A stretch of 64,000 nt of DNA from Casimicrobiaceae bacterium (GCA_036491555.1 DASXBS010000038.1:2494-66493); one strand, 5' to 3'; numbered from the stretch's first letter, positions 30,675 to 43,525 are shown. The notes: generated by a model from the letters alone, not told the origin. Translations and numbers: made by a program.

Positions 30675-31375
30675 AGTGTCATCCCGGCAGTGCGTTCGGC
30701 GACCGTCAGGGCAACGCGATGACGCACGTAGATAGGCGCAGCGTCGCGCGCATCGCACGCCTCACCCGCGGCTAGGCCGCGCAGCCCGAGACTGCCGACG
30801 ACGGCCGCGCTGGGCTCGAGTGTCGGGTCGCAGCCACTCAGGCGAGCGGCGAGCCGCTCGCGCAGCGCCGGATAGGCGTCGAATCCGGGGCCTACGCCCA
30901 GCCACGCGCTCTGCAGCGGCAGCGGAGCGGCGTCCGGCGCAACCACGGCCACACCGACGCGTTCATTCCAGCGCTCGCCGTCGAACTCGTAGGCCGCGAC
31001 GTAAACCTCGCGCATGCGCGCGTCGAGCGCCGCGTAGACGCGGGATGCGCCGTGCAGCACGCGCGCGGCTTCCGCCATCGCGGCGAGTGTCGGCACTGCA
31101 ACCACCGGACGCGCCGCTCCCAGTGCCAGTCCCTGGGCGATGCCGCAGGCGATGCGCAGCCCGGTAAACGATCCGGGGCCGGCGCCGAACGCGATCGCGT
31201 CGAGCTGCGCCAGCGTCGTACCGGCTGCGTCGAGCAGCGAGCGGACCATCGGCAGCATGAGCTCGGAGTGGCGCTGGCCCGCGCGCTCGCGCCGCTCGAC
31301 GAATCCGGAGTGGTCGCCCAGCGCCACCGAACACAGGTCGGTCGACGCGTCGAGAGCGAGGATGCGCAGCGACAT
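30671..31375 (-). CDS. tsaB: tRNA t6A biosynthesis protein TsaB
   Basis: 234 aa. Starts MSLRILALDASTDLCSVAL. Contains GPGSFTGLRIACGIAQGLA. Confidence 0.92.
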   Translation of the reverse strand: MSLRILALDASTDLCSVALGDHSGFVERRERAGQRHSELMLPMVRSLLDAAGTTLAQLDAIAFGAGPGSFTGLRIACGIAQGLALGAARPVVAVPTLAAMAEAARVLHGASRVYAALDARMREVYVAAYEFDGERWNERVGVAVVAPDAAPLPLQSAWLGVGPGFDAYPALRERLAARLSGCDPTLEPSAAVVGSLGLRGLAAGEACDARDAAPIYVRHRVALTVAERTAGMTL

Positions 31376-31491
31376 GCGGCGATTTTACCCGTGATTTCGC
31401 AGCGCGCAGCGCGCCTGGCGCATGCGCGACGGAACGCCTGCGCGAGCCGGTACAATTCGCCTGCGTCGAGGGTCCTCTCGTCGCGCTCGAC

Positions 31492-32805
<1,314 letters not shown>

Positions 32806-32811
32806 GGGTGC

Positions 32812-32840
32812 AAAAAAAGGGCGCCCGCCGGGGCGCCCTT
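32812..32840 (-). terminator. Rho-independent terminator of the BI-1/YccA-like gene (possibly bidirectional with rlmD)
   Basis: Stem AAGGGCGCCC-gccg-GGGCGCCCTT (32817-32840), followed on the minus strand by a T-run (A-run at 32812-32816 on the plus strand). Confidence 0.8.
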
Positions 32841-32858
32841 CGTCGAGCTGTTTCGACC

Positions 32859-33587
32859 TCAGTCGCGCTGACCCGAGAAGATCAGGAGCAGGTTCAGAAT
32901 ATTGACGAAGATGTTGAAGATGTCGAGGAACAGCGCGATCGTCGCCATGATGTAGTTGGTCTGCCCGCCGCGCACCACCTGGCTCAGGTCATGGAGCAGG
33001 TACATCGAGAAGATCAGCACCGCGATCGCCGAGATGGCGATGGTCATCGCCGGCACCTGCATGAACAGGTTGGCGATCGACGCAACGATCAGCAGGATCA
33101 GCCCGACGAACAGGAACTTGCCGAGGAAGCTGAAATCGCGCTTGGACACGGTCGCGATGGCTGCCATGACGAAGAACACCGCCGCGGTCATGCCGCCTGC
33201 CAGTGCCACCAGCTGGCCGCCGTTGCGCAGGCCGCCCGCGTACTGGAGCATCGGCGCCAGCATCACGCCGGAAACGAAGGTGAAGCCGAACACCGCGGCG
33301 ATGCCCCACGCGCTGTTGCGCAGCGCCGAGACCACGAAAAGCATGCCGAACATCGCAGCGAACATCAGCAGCGGCGCCATGACCGGCGAGGCGCGGTAGA
33401 ACGCGGCGAAATTCATCGACGAGCCGAGGAAGGCGCCGGCGACGGTCGGAATCATCGACAGCGCGAGCAGCCAGTAGGTATTGCGGATGACGCTGCCGCT
33501 GTCAACGATGGCGCTTTGCGAGTCGTAGCTGGGCCACGTGTTCGGCGACTGCGAATCGATCGGAACAGGTTTGAGTTGCGGTTCCAT
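32859..33587 (-). CDS. Bax inhibitor-1/YccA family membrane protein
   Basis: 242 aa with seven hydrophobic segments. Contains VIRNTYWLLALSM...YIMATIALFLDIFNIFVNIL. Confidence 0.88.
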   Translation of the reverse strand: MEPQLKPVPIDSQSPNTWPSYDSQSAIVDSGSVIRNTYWLLALSMIPTVAGAFLGSSMNFAAFYRASPVMAPLLMFAAMFGMLFVVSALRNSAWGIAAVFGFTFVSGVMLAPMLQYAGGLRNGGQLVALAGGMTAAVFFVMAAIATVSKRDFSFLGKFLFVGLILLIVASIANLFMQVPAMTIAISAIAVLIFSMYLLHDLSQVVRGGQTNYIMATIALFLDIFNIFVNILNLLLIFSGQRD

Positions 33588-33713
33588 GTAAGTTGCCCTT
33601 TACCGTAGGCGACGGATTTCCGTCAGTACATTAGACTAGCAGAACTGCGCCAGGTTTCAACGAATTGCGCCCTCGTTGCGACGGGTGGTCGACACCGCGG
33701 CGCGCCTCTCGCG

Positions 33714-33803
33714 GGATGGGTGGCAGAGCGGTCGAATGCACCGGACTTGAAATCCGGCAAGGGTGCAAGCCCTTCGTGGGTTCGAATCCCACCCCATCCG
33801 CCA
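33714..33803 (+). tRNA. tRNA-Ser (anticodon UGA)
   Basis: Hand fold: acceptor stem GGATGGG/CCCATCC, anticodon stem CCGGA/TCCGG, loop CTTGAAA (anticodon TGA), long variable arm AAGGG..CCCTT, T-arm GTGGG-TTCGAAT-CCCAC, discriminator G and an encoded CCA. Confidence 0.92.
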
Positions 33804-33915
33804 CTCGATCCTGCAGCTGCAACATCGGGGCGGCCAAGCGAAAATCAAGGGCAGTGGCCGCATGCACGTGCCCGCCCGAACTCAAGGCCTCGCGCGACTC
33901 CCGGTATACTTCCGC

Positions 33916-35418
33916 ATGGTTTTTCCGGCCGTCGATTCGTCGCTTGCGGAGCCGCGCACGCTCAGCACCGACCAGCGCTGGCTCGTGGGATTGCTGCTCG
34001 TGGCGGTGCTGGTCCGACTGGCGACGCTCGCAGCGTATCCGCTCATGGACAACACCGAAGCGCGCTACGCCGAAGTCGCGCGCAAGATGCTCGAGACCGC
34101 GGATTGGGTCACTCCGCACCATCGCTACGGCGTCGCGTTCTGGAGCAAGCCACCGCTGTCGATCTGGTTGACCGCAATCTCGTACATCGTCTTCGGCGTC
34201 AATGAGTTCGCGGCGCGGCTTGCCTCGCTATTGCCGTGTCTGGGGGTCGCGTGGATTGCCTATGACCTGGCGCTCTCGCGCGACGGCCGCGATGCCGCGT
34301 TGCGCACGGCCGTCGTCCTGCTCACCACACCGCTGTTTTTCATCTCCGCGGGCGCAGTGATGACCGATCCGGCGCTGATTTTCGGCACCACGCTGTCGAT
34401 GGCCGGGTTCTGGCATGCGATGACGCGCGAGGACCGCAGCGGTCGCGTCTGGGGTTACGCATTCTTCCTCGGGCTGGCCATCGGATTGCTTGCGAAGGGG
34501 CCGGTCGGCGTGGTGCTGACGCTCGTGCCAGTGGGCATTTGGACCCTGTGGAAAGGCGGCGTAGGTCGCGTCTGGAAGCGTCTCCCGTGGGTTTCAGGAA
34601 TTATCCTGACCGCGCTGCTCGCCGTGCCCTGGTATCTGCTCGCGGAGTCGCGCACGCCGGGCTTTCTCGATTACTTCATCATCGGCGAGCACTGGAAGCG
34701 CTACACGGTGAGCGGCTGGCAGGGCGACATGTTTGGCTCGGCGCACGCGCATCCGCGCGGGACCATCTGGCTCTATGCGCTCGTGTCGACGCTGCCCTGG
34801 TGTGTGGCGTGGGCGGTCCTGGCGTGGAGACTCAGGCGCAAGGACGCACCGCGACTAGTGCGCGCTGCCAACGACTGGCACGCGTATCTCTGGCTGTGGT
34901 TGCTGGCTGCGCCGATGTTTTTCACGCCCGCCGGCAACATCCTCCCCACCTACGTACTGCCTAGTCTGCCGGCGTTCGCGCTGCTCGTGGGCGAGGCATG
35001 GTCGCGTGTCGTGCAGGCCGGGCGCGAGCCCGCCGCCACGCGGTACAACGCGCTGGTGATGCCGGTAGTGATGGTGCTGGCGGTGCTGTTCGCGCTGCCG
35101 CGCATCGCCCCGGCGTATTCGCACAAGGCCCTGGTCGCCGAGTACCTGAGCCGACGCCAGGGTCCGGCGCAGGAGCTCGTGTACCTCGGAGCACCCCCGC
35201 TGTCCGCTGAATTCTATGCGTCGGGCAAGATTCGATCCGTGGCGTCGGCCACCGAGCTCGACGCGCTGGTCCGGGCCGGGAAATCCGATTTTTTTGTGCT
35301 CACCGACGCGCAGCTGGCCGCAACGCCGGTGTGGCGCGACCTTCTCGCACCCATCGCCCGCTCGGGGCGCTACCAGCTGCTGCAACCAATCGCGCCCGCC
35401 GCTTCGCGCGCGCCGTGA
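33916..35418 (+). CDS. GT-C fold glycosyltransferase, family 39 / ArnT-like
   Basis: Track ORF 33763..35418 trimmed to MVFPAV, because the upstream part overlaps the tRNA. Contains PLMDNTEARYAEVARKMLETADWVTPH and is polytopic. Confidence 0.82.
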   Translation: MVFPAVDSSLAEPRTLSTDQRWLVGLLLVAVLVRLATLAAYPLMDNTEARYAEVARKMLETADWVTPHHRYGVAFWSKPPLSIWLTAISYIVFGVNEFAARLASLLPCLGVAWIAYDLALSRDGRDAALRTAVVLLTTPLFFISAGAVMTDPALIFGTTLSMAGFWHAMTREDRSGRVWGYAFFLGLAIGLLAKGPVGVVLTLVPVGIWTLWKGGVGRVWKRLPWVSGIILTALLAVPWYLLAESRTPGFLDYFIIGEHWKRYTVSGWQGDMFGSAHAHPRGTIWLYALVSTLPWCVAWAVLAWRLRRKDAPRLVRAANDWHAYLWLWLLAAPMFFTPAGNILPTYVLPSLPAFALLVGEAWSRVVQAGREPAATRYNALVMPVVMVLAVLFALPRIAPAYSHKALVAEYLSRRQGPAQELVYLGAPPLSAEFYASGKIRSVASATELDALVRAGKSDFFVLTDAQLAATPVWRDLLAPIARSGRYQLLQPIAPAASRAP

Positions 35419-35444
35419 GCTCGCGCATAAACGTCTGATCGCGC

Positions 35445-37277
<1,833 letters not shown>

Positions 37278-37332
37278 ACTGTAAACCAAACCGCCTGCGC
37301 AAGACAGCAGAGCTATACTGCAGCGTCGGGCC

Positions 37333-37902
37333 ATGCCCGTTGCAGCCCTCCGCTGTTGTAACCGCGCCACCACCCCGCGAGTGACCTACGAGCTCATCGT
37401 CGCGCGCGCCGACATCACCACGCTGGACGTCGATGCGATCGTCAATGCCGCCAACAGCTCACTGCTGGGTGGCGGCGGCGTCGATGGCGCCATTCACCGC
37501 GCCGCCGGACCCGGGTTGCTGGAGGCTTGCCGCGCGCTCGGCGGCTGCCCCCCCGGCGAAGCGCGGCTCACATCCGGCTATCGGCTGGGGGCGCGCTACG
37601 TCATCCATACCGTCGGTCCCGTTTGGCGCGGAGGCGACCAGGGCGAGAGCGCGTTGCTCGCATCGTGCTATCGAAGCAGCCTCGAGCTTGCGCTGCGTCA
37701 TGACGTCGCGACGATCGCTTTCCCGGCGATCAGTTGCGGCGCCTATGGTTTTCCGCTGGAGCTCGCGATTTCGGTCGCGGTCGAAGCGGTGCGCGCGTTT
37801 GTGCAGCGCGACCCCATCTCGCGCGTGGTGTTCGCCAATCCGTCCGAGCGGGTGACGCAGGCGTATCGCGCGTATCTTGCGCGCGCCCCGACTGCGATCT
37901 AA
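37333..37902 (+). CDS. ymdB: macrodomain protein, O-acetyl-ADP-ribose deacetylase (YmdB-like)
   Basis: Contains [29 protein letters not shown]...IHTVGPVW...[18 protein letters not shown] within the first 15 codons is an alternative start. Confidence 0.85.
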   Translation: MPVAALRCCNRATTPRVTYELIVARADITTLDVDAIVNAANSSLLGGGGVDGAIHRAAGPGLLEACRALGGCPPGEARLTSGYRLGARYVIHTVGPVWRGGDQGESALLASCYRSSLELALRHDVATIAFPAISCGAYGFPLELAISVAVEAVRAFVQRDPISRVVFANPSERVTQAYRAYLARAPTAI

Positions 37903-39083
37903 GTTTCGGCGGCGGCGGGGACCTGGAAGACTTCGCGCAGATACGCCACGTACGACGGGTCGTAATCCATCGCCTTCGACGGTTCGTCGCTGATCTTGGC
38001 GACGGGCTGGCCGTTGCACCGTGTCATCTTGATCACGAGCTGCAGCGCGGTGTAGCCCAGATCGTTGGTGAGGTTGGTGCCAATGCCGAAGGCGGTCTGG
38101 CTGCGGCCCTTGAAATACTCGAACAGGCGAATCGCCAGCGGCACGTTGAGGCTGTCCGAAAACACCATCACCTTCGAACGCGGATCGATGCGCATTTTCT
38201 GGTAATGCGCGATCAGCTTCTCTCCCCATTCGAAGGGATCGCCCGAGTCGTGGCGGACACCGTCGAACAGCTTGCAGAAGAACAGGTCGAAATCGCGCAG
38301 GAAAGCGTCCATGCCGCAAATGTCGGACAGCGCGATCCCGAGGTCGCCGCGATATTCCCGCGCCCACGTGTTGAAAGCGAATACCTGCGAGTCGCGCAGA
38401 CGCGGGCCCACGGCCTGGCACGCCTGCAAGTACTCGTGCGCCATCGTCCCCAGCGGCGTGAGCCCGTGCTCGAACGCGAGGTGCACGTTGCTCGTCCCTA
38501 CGAACTTGGCGCCGATGCCCTGTTTCAAGGTGCGCAGCACCTCGTCCTGCCAGGCGCTTGAAAAGCGCCGCCGTGTGCCGTAATCGGCCACGCGGAACGC
38601 CGGGTCCGAGACCGAGTTGATCTGCGTCATCTTGGTCTGCAGGCGTCTGCGCCCTTCCGCGAAATCGGGCTCGACGACGTTGTTGCGGAAATAGACCTCG
38701 CTGACGATCGACAGCAGCGGCACCTCGAACAGGATCGTGTGCAGCCACGGACCGTTGATCGCGATGTCGAGCTCGCCCGGCGCCGACGTCGACGGCCGTA
38801 CCTCGACGAAGCGCTGATCCAGATGGAACAGCCCGAGCAGGTCGACGAAGTCGCTTTTCAGGAAGCGCCAGCTGCGCAGGTAGTCGAGCTCGCGTTGGCT
38901 GAAGCGCAGCGCGCAAAGACCGGCCAGCTCGCGCTCGATCTCGGCGATGTACGGTGTGAGATCCACACCCGCGGTCCGGCACTTGAAGCGGTACTCGACC
39001 TGCGCTCCGGGGAAGTGATGCAATACCACCTGCATCATCGTGAACTTATAGAGGTCGGTATCGAGCAGCGACTCGATGATCAT
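37899..39083 (-). CDS. pncB: nicotinate phosphoribosyltransferase
   Basis: Track ORF 37899..39167 trimmed to [25 protein letters not shown]. Contains GTSNVHLA and GTMAHEY. Confidence 0.92.
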   Translation of the reverse strand: MIIESLLDTDLYKFTMMQVVLHHFPGAQVEYRFKCRTAGVDLTPYIAEIERELAGLCALRFSQRELDYLRSWRFLKSDFVDLLGLFHLDQRFVEVRPSTSAPGELDIAINGPWLHTILFEVPLLSIVSEVYFRNNVVEPDFAEGRRRLQTKMTQINSVSDPAFRVADYGTRRRFSSAWQDEVLRTLKQGIGAKFVGTSNVHLAFEHGLTPLGTMAHEYLQACQAVGPRLRDSQVFAFNTWAREYRGDLGIALSDICGMDAFLRDFDLFFCKLFDGVRHDSGDPFEWGEKLIAHYQKMRIDPRSKVMVFSDSLNVPLAIRLFEYFKGRSQTAFGIGTNLTNDLGYTALQLVIKMTRCNGQPVAKISDEPSKAMDYDPSYVAYLREVFQVPAAAET

Positions 39084-39209
39084 GCTTTGTGCGCACCGCA
39101 AGGCTGGTGAAGGGCGCAATGTTACCCGCTGTCCCAGGCGGCGGCCACCGATGGTCAGCGCCACCACGTGCGACTATCATCGCGCATCGGATCGGGAAGG
39201 TGGTGCCTC

Positions 39210-40175
39210 ATGCTGGTCAACTGCGTCGCTTATGAACAGGGGCGGAAGGTTGCTGACATCCCCAAGGAAGACATCAGCGAATACCTGAAGCGCCCGGACT
39301 GCTTCGTTTGGGTCGCACTGAAGGATCCCGATCCGGGTGAGCTCGAGGAGATGAAGGAAGAGTTCGATCTGCACGAGCTCGCCGTTGAAGACGCCCACAC
39401 CGGGCATCAGCGTCCGAAGATCGAGGAGTACGGCGATTCGCTGTTCGCGGTCGTCAAGATGATTGACCCGATCGACGACGAGTTGCACGTGGGGGAAGTC
39501 GATGTCTTCGTCGGTCACAACTACGTGCTCTCGGTGCGTGTCGGTAGCGAGCGCGGATTCGTCGACGTACGCGCGCGGTCCGAGCGCGAGCCGCATCTGC
39601 TGAAGCATGGCGCGGCCTACGTCTTCTACGCGCTGCTCGATAAGGTGGTCGATCGTTACTTTCCGGTACTCGACCTGCTGGAAACCGAGCTGGAGTCGAT
39701 CGAGGAGCAGATCTTCGTCAAGAACCAGGCGCGCTCGAACATCGAGGCGCTGTACGCGTTGAAGCGCAAGCTGATGATCCTGAAGCACGCGGTCGATCCG
39801 CTCATGGAAGCCGTCGGCAAGCTCTACGGCGGACGCGTTCCCCAGATCTGTGCGGGGATGGGCGAATATTTCCGCGACGTCTACGATCACCTCTCGCGCC
39901 TGCATTCGACGATCGAGGGCATACGCGACATGCAGACCACCGCGATCCAGGTGAACCTGGGCATGATCAGCCTCTCCGAGACCGAGGTGACCAAGAAGCT
40001 CGCGGCGTGGGCCGCCATCATCGCAGTGCCGACCATGATTGCAGGAATCTACGGCATGAACTTCAAGAACATGCCCGAGCTGGATTGGGCGTGGGGCTAT
40101 CCGATTGCCATGCTCGTCATGGTGGCGCTCGACATCCTCCTCTATGTGCAGTTCCGGCGGATCAAGTGGCTCTAG
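39210..40175 (+). CDS. corA: magnesium/cobalt transporter CorA
   Basis: Track ORF 39168..40175 trimmed to MLVNCVAY. Has the YGMNF signature and two C-terminal TM helices. Confidence 0.9.
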   Translation: MLVNCVAYEQGRKVADIPKEDISEYLKRPDCFVWVALKDPDPGELEEMKEEFDLHELAVEDAHTGHQRPKIEEYGDSLFAVVKMIDPIDDELHVGEVDVFVGHNYVLSVRVGSERGFVDVRARSEREPHLLKHGAAYVFYALLDKVVDRYFPVLDLLETELESIEEQIFVKNQARSNIEALYALKRKLMILKHAVDPLMEAVGKLYGGRVPQICAGMGEYFRDVYDHLSRLHSTIEGIRDMQTTAIQVNLGMISLSETEVTKKLAAWAAIIAVPTMIAGIYGMNFKNMPELDWAWGYPIAMLVMVALDILLYVQFRRIKWL

Positions 40176-40241
40176 GATACTGAGCCCCGATCCGCTCTGA
40201 GGTCGCGGCCGAAACCGGAGCCGCCGGCGGATCGCTGAGGG

Positions 40242-41237
40242 TCAAGGCAGGGACGTCTGCTCCCCGGGCGCCACCGCAGTAACCGCGATCACACGTTTGC
40301 CAGGCGGGGGCTGATGCCACGACGGCTGCAGCGTGACGTGATCGATGCGAAAGCGCTCGGCAAGCACGCGCTGCGCCGAGGCCAGCGTCTGCGGCCACTT
40401 CGCGGGCTCACGCACGAGCACATGCGCCGAGAGCGCGGCGCGCTCGCTGCTCATGTGCCAGACGTGGAGGTCGTGGACTGCGGCGATCCCCTCCACGCGG
40501 GTCAGGGCCTGCCCGATCTCCTCATAATCCAGATGCGCCGGAACACCCTCCATCAGCACGCCGGTCGATTCCGCGAGCAGGCGCCACGTCGAGCGCACGA
40601 TGAGCATCGAGACCGCCAGCGACAGGATGGGGTCGATCGGCGTCCAGCCCGTGGTGACGATGACCGCGCCGGCGACCACCGCCGCCACCGAGCCGAGCAG
40701 GTCCGAGAGCACATGCAGCAGTGCGCCGCGCACGTTGAACGATCCGTGTGCGCGCGCAAGGACCCACGCGGAGAGAAGATTGACCAGGAGCCCTGCAACC
40801 GCGATGACGACCACGGTCGTGCCCGCGACTGGTTGCGGGGCAAGAAGGCGGCGCACCGCCTCGATCACGATGAACACGACGAGTCCGATCAGCGCGAGCG
40901 CATTGACGAATGCAGCAAGCACTTCGGCGCGCGCGTATCCGTAACTGGCGCGACGCGACGGTGGCCGGCGCGCGACCCAGTGCGCGAACAGTGCAAGGCC
41001 GAGCGCCGCGGCGTCGGTGAACATGTGGCCGGCATCGGAAAGCAGCGCGAGCGACCCGGCGATCCAGCCACCGACGGCCTCGACGACCCCGAAGCCGGCG
41101 GCCAGCAGCAGCGCGAGCACCAGTGCGCGTCGGGTCGCGCGATCGGACGGCAACGCGGCGGAGGCGTGCGAATGCGCGACGGCGGAAGCGGGGGATCGAT
41201 GCGGCGACCCGGAGGCGCCGTGAGGGTGGGCGTGCAT
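40242..41237 (-). CDS. cation diffusion facilitator family transporter (CzcD/ZitB-like)
   Basis: Track ORF 40242..41375 trimmed to the His-rich N-terminus MHAHPHGASGSPH. Contains SLALLSDAGHMFTD, HVLSDLLGS and a C-terminal VHDLHVWH. Confidence 0.88.
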   Translation of the reverse strand: MHAHPHGASGSPHRSPASAVAHSHASAALPSDRATRRALVLALLLAAGFGVVEAVGGWIAGSLALLSDAGHMFTDAAALGLALFAHWVARRPPSRRASYGYARAEVLAAFVNALALIGLVVFIVIEAVRRLLAPQPVAGTTVVVIAVAGLLVNLLSAWVLARAHGSFNVRGALLHVLSDLLGSVAAVVAGAVIVTTGWTPIDPILSLAVSMLIVRSTWRLLAESTGVLMEGVPAHLDYEEIGQALTRVEGIAAVHDLHVWHMSSERAALSAHVLVREPAKWPQTLASAQRVLAERFRIDHVTLQPSWHQPPPGKRVIAVTAVAPGEQTSLP

Positions 41238-41406
41238 GCGAATGAGCGAGCCGTCGATGCATTGTCCGGCAATGCGCCAACCGCCGCAACGCGGCTCACT
41301 TGGCTGAAGCGTGTGGATCGATGGCTTCGCCCTCGATTGCCGCGAGCGCATCGATCGAACCCGGTCACGAACCAATCCGCGGCCGATTCACCTTTAGAAT
41401 AGCGCC

Positions 41407-42015
41407 ATGCCGCGCCCCCTCGATACCGGCTTGGTCGACGCGATCGATGCGCTCTTGCCGCAAACCCAATGCCAGCGCTGCGGCGAGCGCGGCTGCCGTC
41501 CCTATGCCGCAGCGATCGCGCGCGGCGACGCGCCTATCGATCGCTGCCCGCCGGGCGGCGAGTCGACGATTGCCGCGCTGGCGCGACTTCTGGACGTTCC
41601 GCCCTTGCCTCCCGACACGACGCGCGGTCGGCAGCAGCCGCTGGCCCTCGCCTTCATCGAAGAGGCGACCTGCATCGGCTGCACCCTGTGCATCCACGCC
41701 TGTCCGACCGATGCGATCGTCGGCGCCAAGGGACGTATGCACACTGTCGTCGCCGAGCGCTGCACAGGATGCGAACTGTGTGTGCCGCCCTGCCCCGTCG
41801 ATTGCATCGTCATGCGCCCCGCGCACCGCAGCTGGAGCGGCGAGAACGCACAACGCGCGCGCGTGCAGCACGCCGTGCGCAACCAGCGCCTGGCCGATCA
41901 AGTGCGCGCGCGGCGCGATGCACGCGCGTCCGCAAGCGGCACGCGTGCGCAGCGCCGGTCCGCCATTGCCGCCGCGCTGGCGAGAGCACGGGCACGGCGC
42001 GCCCCTGTGCGCTGA
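41407..42015 (+). CDS. RnfB/RsxB-like ferredoxin
   Basis: N-terminal Cys cluster [12 protein letters not shown]...CPPGG plus two 4Fe-4S motifs, [12 protein letters not shown] and [12 protein letters not shown]. It is directly upstream of nth. Confidence 0.82.
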   Translation: MPRPLDTGLVDAIDALLPQTQCQRCGERGCRPYAAAIARGDAPIDRCPPGGESTIAALARLLDVPPLPPDTTRGRQQPLALAFIEEATCIGCTLCIHACPTDAIVGAKGRMHTVVAERCTGCELCVPPCPVDCIVMRPAHRSWSGENAQRARVQHAVRNQRLADQVRARRDARASASGTRAQRRSAIAAALARARARRAPVR

Positions 42016-42019
42016 CGCG

Positions 42020-42712
42020 ATGAATCCCGCCAAGCGGCGCGAGATCTACGAACGGCTGCGCGCGCAGAATCCCAACCCTCGCAGCGAGCTCGAATACGCC
42101 AGCGCGTTCGAGCTCCTCATCGCGGTCGTCCTGTCCGCGCAGGCGACCGACCGCAGTGTCAATCTCGCGACCGCGCGGCTGTACCCGAAGGCGAACACAC
42201 CGAAGGCGATCCTGGCGTTGGGCGAGGCCGGGCTCATCCCCTACATCAAGACCATCGGATTGTTCCGCACCAAAGCGAAAAACATCATCGCGTTATGCAG
42301 GCGGCTCATCGAAGAGCATGGCGGTAGCGTGCCGGCGGAGCACGTGGCATTAATCAAGCTGCCGGGCGTGGGCCGCAAGACCGCGAACGTCGTGCTCAAC
42401 GTCGCTTTCGGGCAGCCAACCATCGCGGTGGACACGCACATTTTTCGCGTCGCCAACCGCACCGGACTCGCGCCGGGCGCCACGCCCGATGCGGTGGAAG
42501 CGAAGCTGGTGAAATTCACGCCGCCGGAATTCCAGCACGACGCGCATCACTGGCTGATCCTGCACGGCCGCTACACGTGCATCGCGCGCAAGCCCAAGTG
42601 CCCGGAATGCGTGATCGAGGATCTGTGCGAGTACAAGCACAAGACACGTGACGTCCCGCCGTTGCCGCGGACGCCGCGCGAGAATCCGCGCAAGCCGGGG
42701 CGCCGCCTCTGA
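42020..42712 (+). CDS. nth: endonuclease III
   Basis: From the frame of track ORF 41300..42712, starting MNPAKRREIYERL. Has the HhH motif LPGVGRKTANVVL and the Fe-S loop CIARKPKCPECVIEDLC. Confidence 0.93.
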   Translation: MNPAKRREIYERLRAQNPNPRSELEYASAFELLIAVVLSAQATDRSVNLATARLYPKANTPKAILALGEAGLIPYIKTIGLFRTKAKNIIALCRRLIEEHGGSVPAEHVALIKLPGVGRKTANVVLNVAFGQPTIAVDTHIFRVANRTGLAPGATPDAVEAKLVKFTPPEFQHDAHHWLILHGRYTCIARKPKCPECVIEDLCEYKHKTRDVPPLPRTPRENPRKPGRRL

Positions 42713-42741
42713 GGTCCGGCGGCAACAGCCAATCCGTGCTG

Positions 42742-43086
42742 CTAGTGCTTGGTAACGACCGCCGGCGGCTGCGACGAGTAGTACGCGACGACGTTATCGA
42801 CGTCCTGCTTGCTCAGCGTGCCGGCGAATCCCGCCATAATGGGATTCTTGCGCGCGCCGGATTTGTAGTCTCGCAGCGCCTTGGAGAGATAGTCCGGGTA
42901 CTGGCCGCCGATTTTCGGATAGTCCGCGACCGCGCTGTTGCCGTCCATGCCGTGACATGCCTGACAGACTTCCTTCGCCTTCGCCTCGCCGGCGCGCGCA
43001 TCGCCCGCGGCCGATGCCAGCGGCGCCGAGAGGGACAGCGCTGCGCAGAGGACCATGACAGCTGGCGGTTTCGTGAAAAGTCGCAT
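42742..43086 (-). CDS. monoheme class I cytochrome c (cytochrome c4 domain-like)
   Basis: 114 aa, from MRLFTKPP. Has a signal peptide, CQACH and PKIGGQYPDYLSKALRDYKSG. Confidence 0.82.
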   Translation of the reverse strand: MRLFTKPPAVMVLCAALSLSAPLASAAGDARAGEAKAKEVCQACHGMDGNSAVADYPKIGGQYPDYLSKALRDYKSGARKNPIMAGFAGTLSKQDVDNVVAYYSSQPPAVVTKH

Positions 43087-43430
43087 CACTTGCTCGCAGT
43101 CATCGGTGCCGCACCGGAGTAATACGCGGCGAGATCGGCCATGTCCTGGTCGGATAGCGACGCCGCAATCGCGCGCATGCTCGGATGATTGCGCTCGCCG
43201 CTCTTGTACTCGGTCAGCGCCTTGACGATGTAGGCGGCATGCTGGCCGCCGATCTTGGGCACCTTGTAAACCTCGGGATAGGCCGTCCGCCATCCGACGA
43301 TGCCGTGACAACCCTGGCACATCTGATTCTTTTTCGCGCCTTCGGCGGCGCTTCCCGTCGGCGCGGCCGTTTGCGCGCATGCTAACGCGGGCATCGCCAG
43401 CAGAAGGAACAACACGGATAACCTGGGCAT
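43086..43430 (-). CDS. monoheme class I cytochrome c (cytochrome c4 domain-like)
   Basis: 114 aa, from MPRLSVLFLLLAMPALA. Has CQGCH and PKIGGQHAAYIVKALTEYKSG. Its stop overlaps the next start (TGATG). Confidence 0.82.
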   Translation of the reverse strand: MPRLSVLFLLLAMPALACAQTAAPTGSAAEGAKKNQMCQGCHGIVGWRTAYPEVYKVPKIGGQHAAYIVKALTEYKSGERNHPSMRAIAASLSDQDMADLAAYYSGAAPMTASK

Positions 43431-43525
43431 CGACCGTCTTTCGCTGCGATTGGCGCCAAAGCCGGCGCGGGTGCAAAAACTGCGCCATTTTACGGGCGCG
43501 CGCGCGCCGCGGTCAAACTCGCGGG

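Noticed and set aside
33714-33803. tRNA-Ser as the attachment site of a genomic island.
   Set aside because: No integrase or recombinase is nearby. By eye I could not find a direct repeat of the tRNA 3' end; the only partial match, gttcgaatcc at about 16502, lies inside selU. Flanking genes are ordinary core genes of typical GC content.
33763-33915. The upstream extension of the GT39 ORF (track start 33763).
   Set aside because: It overlaps the 3' half of the tRNA-Ser gene. The ATG at 33916 gives a normal ArnT-like N-terminus.
41238-41406. A possible metal-sensing riboswitch (NiCo/czcD type) or MerR-type operator upstream of the CDF transporter. Small palindromes such as CATTG-ccgga-CAATG are present.
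   Set aside because: I cannot match the region to a riboswitch consensus from memory, and the palindromes are short. The claim is unsupported without a covariance-model scan (for example Rfam/Infernal).
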